A stretch of 64,000 bases of DNA from Geosiphon pyriformis uo1 (Eukaryota > Fungi > Glomeromycota). The translations under genes were made by a program, and so were the position numbers. Each line of letters starts with the position of its first letter. Position 1 is the stretch's first letter. The notes under the pieces were generated by a model that was not told the origin of the DNA, ran no database searches, and saw only the letters and a list, made by a program, of their open reading frames with translations. The DNA is taken from positions 111,331 through 175,330 of the forward strand of contig JAAOMT010000761.1 of NCBI GenBank assembly GCA_016748015.1, written 5' to 3'. This document shows positions 1-13,653 of the stretch, piece after piece.

Positions 1-273
1 GTGATATGGTTTCAGTTAATCACCATGTGCTGTTTTGGTTAAGATTTTGTTGTTTCATCTTAATTTATAAGCTTTATTTCTAAGAATTTTTTCAATGTAA
101 AATGGTCTGTTCCATTTGGGGTCAAATTTTTTACTTCATTGTTTTTTCACTTTAGTACAATATAAAAGTACTTTGTTTCCAATTTTGAATTCAACTGGTT
201 TATCTGGTAGTTGGTTATTATGTCTTTCTTTTTGTTTTTCTTGTGACTTTTGGATGTTATTATCTGCTTTTTG

Positions 274-1257
274 TTATTTGTTTTCTAGTGTTTCTATTAA
301 GTCATATGTTCTTCTTAGTAACATTTTCTGAAAATTATCTTCAGTTATTGGTTCTGTTGGATAAGTATTGACTTCTATCTCAACTGGTAATGTTGCTGTT
401 CTACTGTATATTAATTCAAATGATGTTGCTTGTGTTGTGTTCTGCTTTATTGTCTGATAAGCAAATAATGCTAATGATATAAACAAGTCCCATTTATCCT
501 GGTTTTTTTGACTGATTTTGGTAATTGTTTCACATAATGTTCTGTTAAATCTTTCAACTAACCTATTTGTTTGTAGATGGTATGGTAATGATAATGGTCT
601 TTTTATCCTAAATTTTTGACTTAATTCTGCTAATGTTCTTTTCACAAAATGAGTTCCTTGATCAGATAATAATTTTTTTAAACATCTGTGTTGACAGATC
701 AAATCTTGATGAATGAATTCAGCAATGAATTCTGCATCTGCTCTTTGAATGGCTTTTGTTTTTGGCCATTTTGTAAAATAATCCATAGCTACTGCAATAT
801 ATCTATTGTCTCTGCTGGTAATTGTTAATAGTCCGACTAAGTTAATTCTGATATGGTCAAATAGTTGTCCCACTTTAATTGGTCTCAATAATTCACTGGG
901 TTTTGTTCCTCCTCTTCTTTGACAAGTATCACAATTTTGAAAATATTGGATGATATGTGGATACATTAATGACCAATAGTATCTTTTTTTGGTTCTTTCT
1001 ATGATTGCTTTTTTATGAAAATATCCTGCTGTTGGATCTGAGTGCATGTTGAATAATATTGTCTCTTTCTTTGGTTCTGTGATTACTCTGATTAGTTGAT
1101 CTGGATTTCTTCTGTTCTTCTGGTACAGTATATTTTGATGGTTGATAAAATATTTTAATTGTTGTTTTATGTTTCTTTGTTCTTTTTGAGATAATTTCTT
1201 CTTGAATAATTGGGTATTTATATAATATTGTAGTTGTTGGTATTTTTGTATATTCAT
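274..1257 (-). pseudogene. Gypsy-type integrase of copy A (own ATG; HHCC zinc finger plus decayed DDE core)
   Basis: H..(H)..CDTC motif, RINLVG (from GIDLVGP), LSDQGTHF, YHLQTNRLVERFNRTL. A premature stop separates the GPF/SH3-like C-terminus, which lies at 1-273. Confidence 0.9.
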
Positions 1258-3109
1258 CTTTTGTTATATTTTTTGGATTGAATTGTGTTTTAGATTTGTC
1301 TCATTCGTGACAGTCTATTGGCATTTCCATTTTTTTTTCCTTTTTATAATGTACTGTATAATTAAATGATGAAAGTTCTATTTTCTATCTGGTGTGGCAA
1401 TTGTTTGCAAATTCTTGTTTTTGGATTGAAGTCAACTCTTTGTAATCAGTGTACACATCAAACTTTTAACTCAAGTATTTTTTCTATTTGATAACAGCCC
1501 AATAAATAGCTAAGTGTTCTAGTGCTGGAGTTTTATAGTTCTTCTCAGCTGAACTTAAGCTTCTACTAATGTAAGCTACTGAATGTTCTCTTCTATCTGG
1601 TCTTTTCTGTGATAGTACTGCTTCCAATGTCTGGTCTGATATATTGGTGGTAATAATGAATGGTTTGTTGTGATTTGAATACATTAACACTGAAGCTTGA
1701 ATAAGCTTTCTTTTCAGTGTATCAAATGCTTCTTGTTGAGCTTTTGTTTATTCATACTTTACATTCTTAGTTTGTAAATAATGAAGTGGCTGGGCCAGTT
1801 TAGAAAAATCTTTAATGAAATGACAATAATATCCAGCAAATCCCAAAAATGCTCTTAATTCCGTCAAGTTAGTTAATACTAAAAAGTTTTTTACTATTGC
1901 AATTTTATTTGGATCTGTTTTAATGCCATCTTTGCTTACCACATGTCCCAAAAACTTGAGTTCAGTTTTTTCAAAGAAACATTTATTTGTATTTAGCTTT
2001 AATCCAGCTTTTCTTAATCTTTCAAACACTTGTTGAAGATGGTGCAGATGATCATCAAATGTTTTTGAAAACACATTGGTGTTATCCAAGTATACAACTA
2101 CAGATTTCTATAGTAACTCTGTATACACAATTTTCATAAGTAGTTGGAATGTGGCTGGAGCATTCATCAAGCCAAATGGCATTACTTAAAATTCAAAGTT
2201 TTTTTCTTGAGTTGTAAAAGCTGTTTTCTCTTTGTCTTCTGAGTTTATAGCTACTTGTCAGTAACCACTATCTAAATTTAGTGTTAAGAACTATTTATTT
2301 CCTCCAAAAGTGTCAAATAGTTCTTGAATCTTTGGAATTGGATAGCTATCACTTTTGGTTACTCCATTCAATTTCCGATAATTCACACAGAAATAGATCT
2401 TTCTATTCTTCTTCTGAATTAGTACCACTGGTAATAACTATGGGCTTATTGATGACTGAATTAGCCTGTTGTCAAGTATTCGGTTAATTTCTTGACAAAT
2501 GATCTTATGGCTGGCTGGTGGTACTCTATATGCTCTTTGTTTTATTGGCATTGCATCTCCAGTTTTAATCTGGTGCTGAATTATGTTAGTTCTGCCAAAT
2601 TCATTTTCACTGGCAAAGATGTCATTGAAATTGTTGAGTAACATCTTGAGTTGCATCCATTAAAGTGGGTTTAAGTTTCCTAAATTCATCTATTCTAATT
2701 GTTTTGGTTGGAGCAAGTAACATTTGCTTTGTCTATAAATGGTTTGTGATGTGATATCCACATATTCACAAAGCTGTTAAAAATTTGGAATATAGTTTAG
2801 TGGTTGATTTTCAACTTCAATGGTTAAGTATCTGATAATAGTTTCTTTTGGTATCTCAATGACATTTTCAGTTGTGTTGTAGATAAAAATTTTGATGTTT
2901 TTGGGACTTTTGGCTGATATGTAAAGATTAGTAAATCCAATCTTTCCTGATTTACAAATGGTGGCTTCTGCTTCAAACAACTGAGCTTGATCCTTTACTT
3001 TTCTTTTTATAGTTAACATATACTAATTATATAGTGGAATGGAAATTGGTTGACAAGTGGAAATAATTTCTCTCTTGTCAATAATTTCTTCCTCTGTCAT
3101 ATTAACCAG

Positions 3110-3514
3110 TACATTTATTCTACCTGTGGATCCAAATCTCTATATCTCTCTTGCTGTTATCCTTAATTTTTTTCTGTTTTCCATTAATACTAATTAAGCT
3201 ATTTTCACCAGAGGCAGGAATATTGCTTGTGCTATCTTTTCATTTGGATCTATAATATAGGCTTTTTCCAAGTCATTTTGTAACATAGCAATAATATTTC
3301 CCACATATTCTGCATCAATTATTTCTTCTTTGATATTGATTTTCTTTTTTGCTAGGCTACTTTTAGATGTTAATTGAACCATAGTTGTTGCTGAAATTTC
3401 TAGTACTATTTTGAAATCAATACTGGTGTGCAAATGGAGTTCCAATTTGATGGCATCCTTCCCTGAATATTTCAAATCAAACTCTGCATCAGTATTATGC
3501 ACACATTCTGGCAT
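3110..3514 (-). pseudogene. dUTPase domain of copy A
   Basis: Decayed dUTPase motifs DAEFDL (DAGFDL), SKSSLA (SRSSLA), EIIDAEYVG (GIIDAGYVG), EKIAQAI, and the RGxxGFGSTG-like motif V near 3120-3150. Confidence 0.85.
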
Positions 3515-5680
3515 GATACTTTCATTATTGTCACTATACTATTTGAGTTCCTGCTCCTTGGAGAGATCAAGAAGTGCAATATATATTTCGGGATTGGAAT
3601 TGGAGTCTGAATTGTTGATATTTTTGTTGCCATTTTGAATGGAGCTAGAACCATTATTTTTGTCATTATTGTTGTCAGAGTTTGAATTGGAATTAAAATT
3701 TGATTCCAATTTTGATGTGCATCTGCTCATTTGTTTGTCTTCTTCTGGGATTGTGTAGATTATGCATGGTGGTAGATTGTAAATGAGGTCACACTTATTA
3801 CAATATTGAAAGTTACATAAAATTAAGCAATGTTGACATAATCAATTGTTCAACTGCTTTAAATGCTGCTCTTGTTTTTTCCTAGTGAGTGCTAAATGCT
3901 GGTAATGTTCATGGAATTCCTCTGAATCATTTTCAATGTTGTCAAAGACATCAAAGATTTGGACGTATTTGGGTTTAGGAAGAGATAAAGAATTGTTTTT
4001 GATTTTTAGTAGTTCGCTGATTGTCACACTTTTTGCTTTTGCACTCACCATTCTCCATAGTTCGTGTTTGTTGTGGGATATCCTTCCAATTGTCACAATG
4101 CTTGTTTCCAGGTGTTATTGATTAGTGTGCTCTTGCGTACTCAATCATTGATTAGGATTGTATACTGACACATTTTATTGCGCATTTTTTCTTATCCAGG
4201 AATGTCATTTCACATTCCTTTGTCTGGAAGAGTTTCTCCACAAGCCAAACATGGTTCATTGTCCCATTTCCCAACTCATTTTGGTCTTCCAAAGCATTCA
4301 ATAATGCATGGGTGGCAGTAGAATTTGGTTGCTGAAGTGTACTCCTCATTATCGCCACAACAAATGCCTATTGATAACAATTTCTTGCTGTAATCAACAC
4401 ATACTAATTTTGGGTGGTAATAAGTGGATTATTGAAGTGTAGTGTAAGAATTATAAGTAGTGGTGCTGTCAAGTATTGGTTTTTCTTCCTTCTCCTTTCC
4501 TTTTTTCTTTTTATTTTTTTCACTCCCAATTTATTAGTTTTTCCATATCATTGTTGGTTTTCTAGACTTGGTCAGTATTCCCGGTAAGTTTTTCCTTCTG
4601 CTTTCTTTTGTTGTTGTTCCAGGATAGTATTGGTAGTAATTTGTTGTGGTTGTTGTTAGTCTATAAGACCTGATATGCTTCCCAAGTAGGTTTCTCTTTT
4701 TTTTTTTGAAGTCAATAAGTAGTTGCATCTCAATACTGGGTTTGAAATGGCCACACATTGCTAGTACTCATGTGTGTTAGCCATTCTGACTGATTTACAA
4801 CTCTTGTGTTGTCTAGTTAAGTGTTGCATTGGTTTTGAATAGCCAGTCATTATTAATTAGAGCTTGGTACTAAGTAGCTTCTATAACCAGAACTTTGATT
4901 GGTACTGTGATGTCATTGACTTCAATCAGAAAGTTGTCTATTTTACCAATAGGAGTTTTAGTTGCTCTATTGGCTGTAATGATTCTGATATTGGCAGCAT
5001 GGTCAACTCGGTAACCTAATTGATTCATAAGTTGTTTGGTAATAATGCTGCCAGCTGATCTACTATCTAAAATCAGTTTGATGGCATGACTGTCAACTTT
5101 TGCATTAGTGTACATGACAGTAATTGGTTTGGTGTCAAGAGTGACTCTACTGAATAATGGGACTGGTGTGGTTTCCTCAAGTTTGAAAGGAAAAATAGCT
5201 GCTAAAGATTTATTGTTGGATATGGTTGCTGGTGAGATATTGCTGATAAGTGGCTGTTTCTGGTTGGGTTCTGGATTGTTGGATGTGGTATCTTCTGGAG
5301 TAACCAAAAGACTTAAATAGTGTTGAGAATTCGGATTTTGGGTGTGCCTGGTTTCTGAATTCTGAGAGTGTAGTCTTATTAGTTAGTGGGAGGAACTGGG
5401 AATCAGTTGGTGAACAACTATCACCAATCTTTAGTTTTGAGTGACTTCTGATCTGGGATTTCCTAATGTCATTTGAGCTGGATTTGGTGGTGGTGTTTGA
5501 AGTTGCTGAGGTTGATAAATTACTGGTGGCTGCAGTTGATATGTTGCTGGCGACTGCAGTTGATAAATTGGAGGTTGGTATACTAGTATTTGATACATTG
5601 ACTGCTGCATTATTGGCAAGTAATTCTGATAATATGGCTCTGAGTTTGGTGGGTTATCCAGAATTTGAAACTGGCAATCA

Positions 5681-6248
5681 ATCTAAGCAATCTTCTATTC
5701 ACAAATATCAATAAATAATTATTTTTTATCTCCAATCTATTCTCTACTATCAACACTTCATGTTAATAGTAATTGATACTTAACCACATTGGAACAATAG
5801 CTCTTGATTATGACTATTGACAAGATACTAACTTGCAATTGCTTTTACTCATTTCTTTATCTTCTTTTTATTTTCCTTTTATTTTTTTTTGTTATTTCTG
5901 TTGTTTACTAAATTGATTAAGGATTAAGTACTGAGATACAGACGTTATAGAAACTGGTAAAAGACCTGTGAAACAAAGATAAAACACTCATAGATTTGAG
6001 GATAGCTTACCAGAAGGATTACTGGCTACCATGCTAAGAAAAAAATTTGACAGAATTGCAATTCCAGAAGACTACTGAAACAACTATTGAATTTCTGTCC
6101 ATTATACAAAGAACTTAACCAAAACCTTCAGATTGCAAAAACCTTCAGATACCAACAACTTAAAAATATTAGCAACATCATTTATCAATTGAGCACTAAG
6201 TTACAGGTTTGTTATTTGCTTTAAGATCCCAAATAATTACCTGTAATA
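5681..6248 (+). repeat. 5'-truncated LTR of the A/D family, opposite orientation
   Basis: Reverse-complement match to the split D LTR (58858-59292 joined to 48880-48991). Ends ...CTGTAATA (decayed TGTAACA) and is followed by TTGT. Confidence 0.8.
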
Positions 6249-8035
6249 TTGTGTACCATAAACAAGATAATTATTAAAAATTGTTTTAGATTGATCTTGA
6301 AAAATATAAAAACCATTGTTCAAAACTTTGTTGACTATAAAAGGTCTTTTTTACTGGCTAGAGAATTTATTATCATAGACATTGTTTCTGTCTAAATAGT
6401 ATTCTAATACCAAGTCATTAACACTTAAAAAAAGTGTTTTATAGGTTTTTTTTTCTTAAGCTTTTCTTGGAACTGTTTTATCTTTTCAAAAACAATTATT
6501 TATGCTTCTACTAAGGAGTCAAAAATGGTATCAAATTTTTTTTGCAAAATGTCTTTGTGACTTCCTATTGTGATTTTTTCAAAGAGTATTGTTTTAATGT
6601 TAGTTTTTATTGGTAGTATTGCCATGCATCTATAGAGCAGATAAAAAGGTTCATAACTGGTTATGTCATGATTCACAGTTCTATAAGCAAACAAAGCTAA
6701 AGACAATACTTTGTTCTATAAGTTTGTTTCTTTATTGGTTTTGGCTAGAGTTTTACATAGTGTTCTATTGAAATATTCTACTAAGTTATTTGTTTAAGAG
6801 TGGTAAGGAGAAGAAAGTTTATGACATATTCCCATTTTTCTGCAAAGTTCTTCAATCAGTGTACTAAAAAAAGCTCTTTTTCTATTAGATAAAAGTTCTT
6901 TGGGGCAGCCATGACAGCAGATAATATTTTTATAAATGAAATTGGTTATTGAAACTGCTGTTTGGTCTGAAGTGGCTCTTGCTTCTATCCACTTTGTAAA
7001 ATAGTCAGTAGCTATAATAATATATCTGTTGCCATTAAGAGTTATTATTAAAGATCCAACAACATCTATATTAATCTTGTCAAATGGTTGACCAACAAAG
7101 ATTGAATAAATATCTTCTTTATGATTGGGTTTGTTTCTTCTTTGGCAGATATCACAAGTTTTAATGTATTCAACAATGTTCTTTCCTAAGATAAGCCAAT
7201 AATAGTGAGCTAAAGTTTTTTGAATTGTTTTTGTTTTTTCAAAGTGTTTAGCTAATGGGTCAGTGTGCATGTTGTATATTACAATTTCTTTTTCTTTAAA
7301 TCTGATAACTCTCTGGGAGCAGTCAGGATCTTTTCTGTTTTTTATATAATTGGTTTTGGTGGATTAAATAGAAATTTGATTGTTTACACAAATGTTCTCT
7401 TTGCTGTTAAGTGTATTCTAGTGGATATTGTTCTTTATTCAAAAATTCTATTAAGACAGAGTAGTTGTTTAAGTCTATTATTGTGTTTGTTTATAAAGGA
7501 ATTACTAATAATTAGGTTGGTTTGGTTTGAGAAGTTGTACTATCACTGAATGGTAAGTCTAGAGAGAGCATTGGTGTTTTGATAATTTGCTCCTTTGTAG
7601 TATTGAATATCATAGTCAAATTTATCCAAATAGAGTATCCAGCAAGTTTTTCATTTTTGTTCTAGCTTCTTTTTATTGCACAGCCAAACCAAAACTTGAT
7701 GATTTGTTACTATTAGGAATTTAACACCAAGAAAATATTAATTCCAGTAATTAATAACTCAAACTACCACTAAACATTCTTGTTCAATAACTAAATAGCT
7801 CTTTTCTGCTGATATAAAAGATCTATTAACATATGCTATGGCATGTTCTCTGTTATTTTCATTTTTTTGTGAAAGAACAGCACCAAGTCCATAGTCAGAT
7901 GTATCAGTATAAAAAATAAAGATTGGTCCAGATTAGGTTGCTTAAGAATTGGCTTAGTAACAAGTTTTTTTTTCAAAATTTCAAAAGCTTTTTATTAATG
8001 AGTGCTTTAGTGATAATTGACATTTTTTCTGAATA
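6249..8035 (-). mobile_element. Gypsy copy E fragment (RNase H plus integrase; a third, divergent family)
   Basis: RNase H motif YTDTSDYGLGAVLSQ near 7880-7915. Integrase ORFs 6794-7270 (CDIC, IDVVG, LSSPYH) and 6500-6706 (ALFAYRT). Confidence 0.85.
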
Positions 8036-8039
8036 TTTA

Positions 8040-11012
8040 ATTGAAAAGAAAAATGATTTTGAAAAAATTCTTGATAAATTTACAATAGTAAAAAGCCAAA
8101 ATTGATTTACTTGTAAAATCTGCCAACATATGAGAGTCAGGGTGCCAAACTGAAACCATATGAATCCAATCCATATCACCAACTAAGCAATTGTCAATAA
8201 CACCAGAACCAGAGCCAACTGCCCAGCTAGCATGATAAACATACTCAAAAACCTTCTTAGTAAAATGGCAAACATTTCCAAATACTATTGTCTCACCAGC
8301 CCTAATAAACTTATCTTTAACCAGAACTGGAAGCACAAGATTTAAACTGACAGCCATACTAGCCAGCTTATCAGCACAGTCATTACTCAAAACACTTGAA
8401 TGTTTTCTAACTTTGTGCCAAAAAACACTTAGTTTCTTATTCCTAATAGTCATCACAATACTATGCTGTTTTATTCAATAACAATTCCGAAAATCTGGTA
8501 AAATTAGAGCTGACTTAGCAGTACAAATATTCATAGCAGCTTGACTGTCTGAGTATATCCTGACTGAACTGCTAGAAAAAACACACAACAAAGCCAGAGA
8601 AATAGTCTGCAACTTCATTAGTATAGAAGACACCAATTCATCAATCCTAATACCAATACCTAGATTCAAGTTAGAAAAATAAGCAGCTGCTCTACAACTC
8701 ATCTTATACATACCCAAATTCCTCAAAGACTCATCAATATAAACATTAACAATGTCCAAATCAGTAGCCAAGAGGCTTTGTCTCAAACCAGAAAAGTTTC
8801 CAGAACTACAAACATCCAAAAACTGAGAACTGATATTAATTGTCATATCTAAGGATAAAGATTTGGCCAAAAAATCACATGCAAAACTAAATCAATAAGA
8901 GATTGGATCTCTCAGATTAAGTCTTTTTCAATGGCAGAAATTCTTCCAATTCAATACTAATTCTCTCTTATTATATAATTGTTCCATAAAAGTAACCCCA
9001 AATTTTTTGAACAAACATGAAACATCATAAAACATCCTATTTCTTAGAACAACAAACATTGAAGTGCCACCAAAAAACAGAAAACAGACAGAAAAAAATT
9101 GTCTAAAGACATATCACAGTCCAAAAATATCTTTACAACACTAGCCAGAAAATTATTGGCCAAATTGACATGCAAATTCACAGATTAATATAAAGAGTAA
9201 ATAAGAAACCAACTCAAAACCTGCAAATCCAGATACCTATAATTAAACAGCTGACTAATAAGCCCATCAGCATTTGAAAAACCCACCACAGATACAACTT
9301 TGTTTTTAGCTTATTTCAAACTGTACAAAGAAGAATGATAGAGAGCTTTATTAAAAAAATCTCTTGGAAGACCAGCTTTTGATCTCAAACCTCTCCTAAT
9401 CAGTGTATTCCATTTAGCACATACACTCTTAGAAATAAAACTAAATTGAGTTCTGTAGCTGACAATAGACTGCAATACAGCTGAAACCAGGTAGAGAAAC
9501 TGCTTATCTAAAACAGTTTTCTTTAAAACCAAATTAACAAAAAATCTAATATCTGAATGAGTTTTTACCAAACTGGGTTTGGATAAACTCTCAGATGATA
9601 AAAAAATTTTAAGATATCTATAAAACTTCTTTTTACAAACAACTGAGATTGGCAAACCACTAATTAACAAAAAAGCTTTCTTAACTTTCTGGTTAATAGG
9701 AATGGCCACAGTTTTTTTATTATTAATAGAAATGTTATTTACTTTAAAAAACTTACTAGCAATGTCCAAAATATATTAAATAACTGCTTGGCTATTTTCT
9801 ACCCAAATTGTGTTGTTAACAAAAGCACCAGCTGCTAAAAAAGAAGTCAACCCACCTTGACTCTCCAATCTGCCAGTTCTAGTAACAAACTTTATGTTAA
9901 TCTAGTAGCTGCACAAACTTTTTTGTCTCTTAATCTCACATAAAAAAAAATCATAGAAGATTTTCCATAGCAAAAGAGAAAACACTTTATCTTAATCAAA
10001 ACTATCATGCACCTGGTACTCATTTGTTAAACCAAAATCAGTTATAACATAATTGATACAATCATTGTGAATGCTCCTAAAAAACTTGATAAAACTTGCA
10101 CACATTTTAATCTAAACCAAACTATTCTGTAAGTGATATCAACTTACAGAATCATAGATTTTTTACATATCCTGTAAAACAAACCAAAATCCATGATTTT
10201 TTTCCAAAGCATTTTCAATTACTGAGCTGATAACAAATATGAAAGACTAAGTAGTAGTGCTTTTAAGCACAGAAAAATTGTCACCACAAAAAATGCCAAA
10301 CTTATTACATGCCAATGAAATCCTATTAGACAGTATTTTAGAGAGAATCTTATGAATAGTCTCTATTAATGCAATTAGCCTAGTATTAATTAAAACACCC
10401 TCTTATTTATAAGATTTAGGAATTATTGACACTTAAGCTTTCTTTCAAAGTTAAAACACAGACTCATACACTAAACAGAAATTTATGAAGTTTAATAGCA
10501 AACTGAGCACAGAACTATCACAATGTTTCCAAAGCTTATTCATAATATTAGACATATTAGCAGTTTTATTATCTGGCAAGTTTCTGATCACATGTACCAA
10601 CTTTTCATAACTAATAGTAATTATCACACCAGAAAAAGCACTATTATCAACATAATTCAATGGCAGGTATTAGTACTGTTATACATCAAAAATACTATTT
10701 AACATAACCTTCTTTTTTGTCTGACTCTCCATAATCATATCAACTTTATTTTTAACAATAACAGAATTCAAAATTAAATCACTCTCAGAGACCAAATTAT
10801 TTAATACCACTTTACAAAAAGAACATTCCAATATATTACGAATTGTATGGCTTTTGTTAATAGCAAAACTTGCCATTCATTTTTTAATAACAAACCTAAT
10901 GCTTGATTCCTCAGTCTGCAATAACTTGGCAAGTTTGGATGCACAATAAGACTTTCTTACACCAAAGAGTACAAAGTGCACATAATCAAAACTCACACCA
11001 GAGTTCACAAGA
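8040..11012 (-). mobile_element. Non-LTR retrotransposon (LINE) ORF2 fragment: RT plus C-terminal RNase H
   Basis: RT pieces (LPDNKTA; FVNNTIW from FVDDTIW at ~9805-9825; INNKKT). RNase H motifs VYIDESL, KLQTISLAL, IYSDSQAA and WHKVRKHSSVLSNDCADKLA in ORFs 8037-8870. Confidence 0.85.
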
Positions 11013-11014
11013 TC

Positions 11015-11583
11015 CATATCTTATCTTAGAATTATTTTAATTAAAATCAATTATTTTTTATATATCTTTACAAAAAATAATAAAAATCAAATATTTTAAA
11101 AACCCAAAATTTTTCAAATTATTTATACTAAAAATTTTTTAAAATTCAATTAATATTTTGAAATTAATTAGTTATCAATTTCAGTAATTGTTAGTAACTT
11201 CAAATATGAACAGAAAACATTTTTTTTAATGAATTTTTACATTTTTTTTATTTTTTTTAAAATTTTTATTATAATTATTAAGATAGTTTACAGATAAGAT
11301 TCTTATAGAAAAATTGACTTTTACAACAAAATAATTACACATTTTTAATGAGTTTTCAAACAAGTATTTTTTTTAAAAAAGTTGATTTTTATCATAAAAT
11401 AACTATATAAATAACTAGTACAGAATTGATTATTTTATTTATAAGCTTAGCAGTTTAAATTATAAAAGATAATTTAAAAATAAATTCAGTTATTAAAGGT
11501 TTATTGGCTTTTAATAATTAAGAGTTAATAACAAAATAATAATAACAACAGTCAAAAAAAGAGACCAAAAATCTCTAGTAACA
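11015..11583 (+). repeat. Partial LTR of the B/C family, opposite orientation
   Basis: Reverse-complement match to the first ~570 bp of 48992-49975. Ends GAGACCAAAAATCTCTAGTAACA and is followed by ATAT. Confidence 0.8.
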
Positions 11584-13200
11584 ATATTTATATATAAATT
11601 AATAAAAACTTTTTTACAATAAGATTTAAAAAACTTAGTTTTATTTTATAATAATTTAGTTTAAATTTTAATTTGAAAGTTATTTTAAAGATAGCATTAA
11701 AATATTTTTTTAAAGTAAATATTTATATAGTAAGATTAATATTATATATAAAAAACACTTTTATAATAAGTTTTTTTTCAATTTTTAATAACAATTCTTT
11801 AATTATCTTCTCAAATACATATATTATAAAAATGTTTTAAATAAATCTACAATATAAAAAGAGTAAAGTTAAAATTTTTTTATTGTAAAATAATATATAA
11901 CAAGTAAAAAAATAGGATTTACAGCTAAAGTTTTTTTTTATATGATTGTTTATTAAAAGTTAATTTTAATAATATTAAATCTATAAAAGTTTAAAATTAA
12001 ATAAATAATAAAAGCTAAATAATTATTAAAATTTATAAGAAATAAAATAAATTAATTTTCCAAACTATTATATTAATACTTGTTTTTTTTATGTTAATTA
12101 TAAGCAATAAAGAGATCTCTTATTATTTTGGTTATATTAATAAGTTTTATAGAATGGCAAAATAAATAAAATATACATATAAATTTTTGTAAGATTATTG
12201 ATTAAAAATATTTTCACTGTTATTCAATATTATAATAACAATTTGATCTCATAAAAAATAATTAAGCAAACAATAAACACATCAAATAATAAGCAAAATA
12301 GACTAATCTTTTTAAAACAAAACATGTAAAAAAAATTATAATAACATGTTAAGAAGATAAAAGTCAAGATTTTTTATAATTTGGTTAAAATAAGTTAAAT
12401 TATACAGTTATTATTTTTTAACAAGTTTAAAATATATTGTATATATAATTTAACAATTAAACTTAAAGAATAAAAGCAATTATTTATCTTTTGAAACAAA
12501 GTTTAAGAACTGATTAAATTTTCTTTTGCAAAGTTTTATTTTATATATTTTATCTTTAAGAATAAATTATAAATTATTATTGTCTTTTAGTAAAAAAAAA
12601 ATTTGATATATTTTTTAAAATCTCTAAGCTATTTATAGAATAAAAAATTTTTTGGATGTATTTTTCTTAAAATTTATAACTTCTTAAAATATATTATTTT
12701 TTTAATATTTACATATTTTCATATCTATTATATATTTTTTCTTAATCAGTTAATTAGTTACAAAAATTTTAACCAGTGTTATGGTTCAAAAATTTAGCAA
12801 AAAAATTATAAAATAATATAAATTATCCAATCATAATATAGCACAATAATAATCTTAAAAAGATAATGATTAATACAATGACAAACACCATCTTATAATA
12901 GTGATAAACACCAACTGGTGATAACAGCAAACACCAAATTAAAATATCAAAAAGAGAGTATTACAATGTGTTTTCTCATAAAATCACAAACATGTATATA
13001 TACAGTAGCTTTAATATTGAGAAAAACAACAATTTTATCCAACAATTTATCCAACAAGTTCATCCAACAGTTTTCACTTTAATTATCTTCTAACCTTTAC
13101 TTTCAAAATAAATATCCAAGAAATCTTTAATCAAAAAGAAATGAAAAAGAGTATTGAAAACTGAATTATCACAACCCAAAGTGTTAAAAAACTTACTTGT
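11584..13200 (+). mobile_element. Extremely decayed repeat-derived DNA, possibly the 3' end of another LTR element
   Basis: Very AT-rich and CpG-free. A purine tract AAAAAGAGAG is followed by TATTAC (decayed TGTTAC) at 12959, with short ATCCAACA repeats at ~13037-13070. No recognisable protein motif. Confidence 0.3.
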
Positions 13201-13653
13201 GTTATTTATTGAATGAAACTATCATTCATCAACTGAATCCCTTGGAAGAATAATCCCTGGTCAAGATTATTCACGTTGTTACTAATTGATAAAAGCTTTA
13301 TTGTGAGAATTAGGGAAAGCGCTAAAGACCATTAACATTCCGTGTTTCTAGATTAGAGAAACACTCCAGGCAATTGCAAGGATAGCCTCAGAGAAGACCC
13401 CAAACAGCGGGTAGATTCCAGTTCAGCCTCTGGGAAGGAGTACATAAACACACACAACAATCAGGAATTGAGAAATAACTTCCATCGCGACATCAAGAGA
13501 AAGCCTTCAGTATAACAGTGACATTATCACACAAATAGAATTAAGGAATTCACGAGAGACTGATTGCACTTAAAACGGGATATTAACATTTAATATACCA
13601 AGAAAACCATCCCATAACACCGGTTAGAATCACTAGTTGTTCCTGAGTTTTTT

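Larger units (their letters stand above)
1..5676 (-). mobile_element. Ty3/Gypsy LTR retrotransposon copy A (decayed; gag truncated; 3' end runs off the left edge; same family as copy D)
   Basis: Minus-strand domain order: Q/P-rich gag end (5431-5619), protease (LILDSRSAGS, 4870-5307), Cys-rich region, dUTPase (3194-3514), RT (1748-2656), RNase H (1484-1690), integrase (274-1257). Collinear with 60420-64000. Confidence 0.93.

Noticed and set aside
13350-13420. Exon-like stretch IRETLQAIARIASEKTPNS between AG and GT
   Set aside because: Isolated, with no recognisable homology or partner exons; cannot support a gene call.
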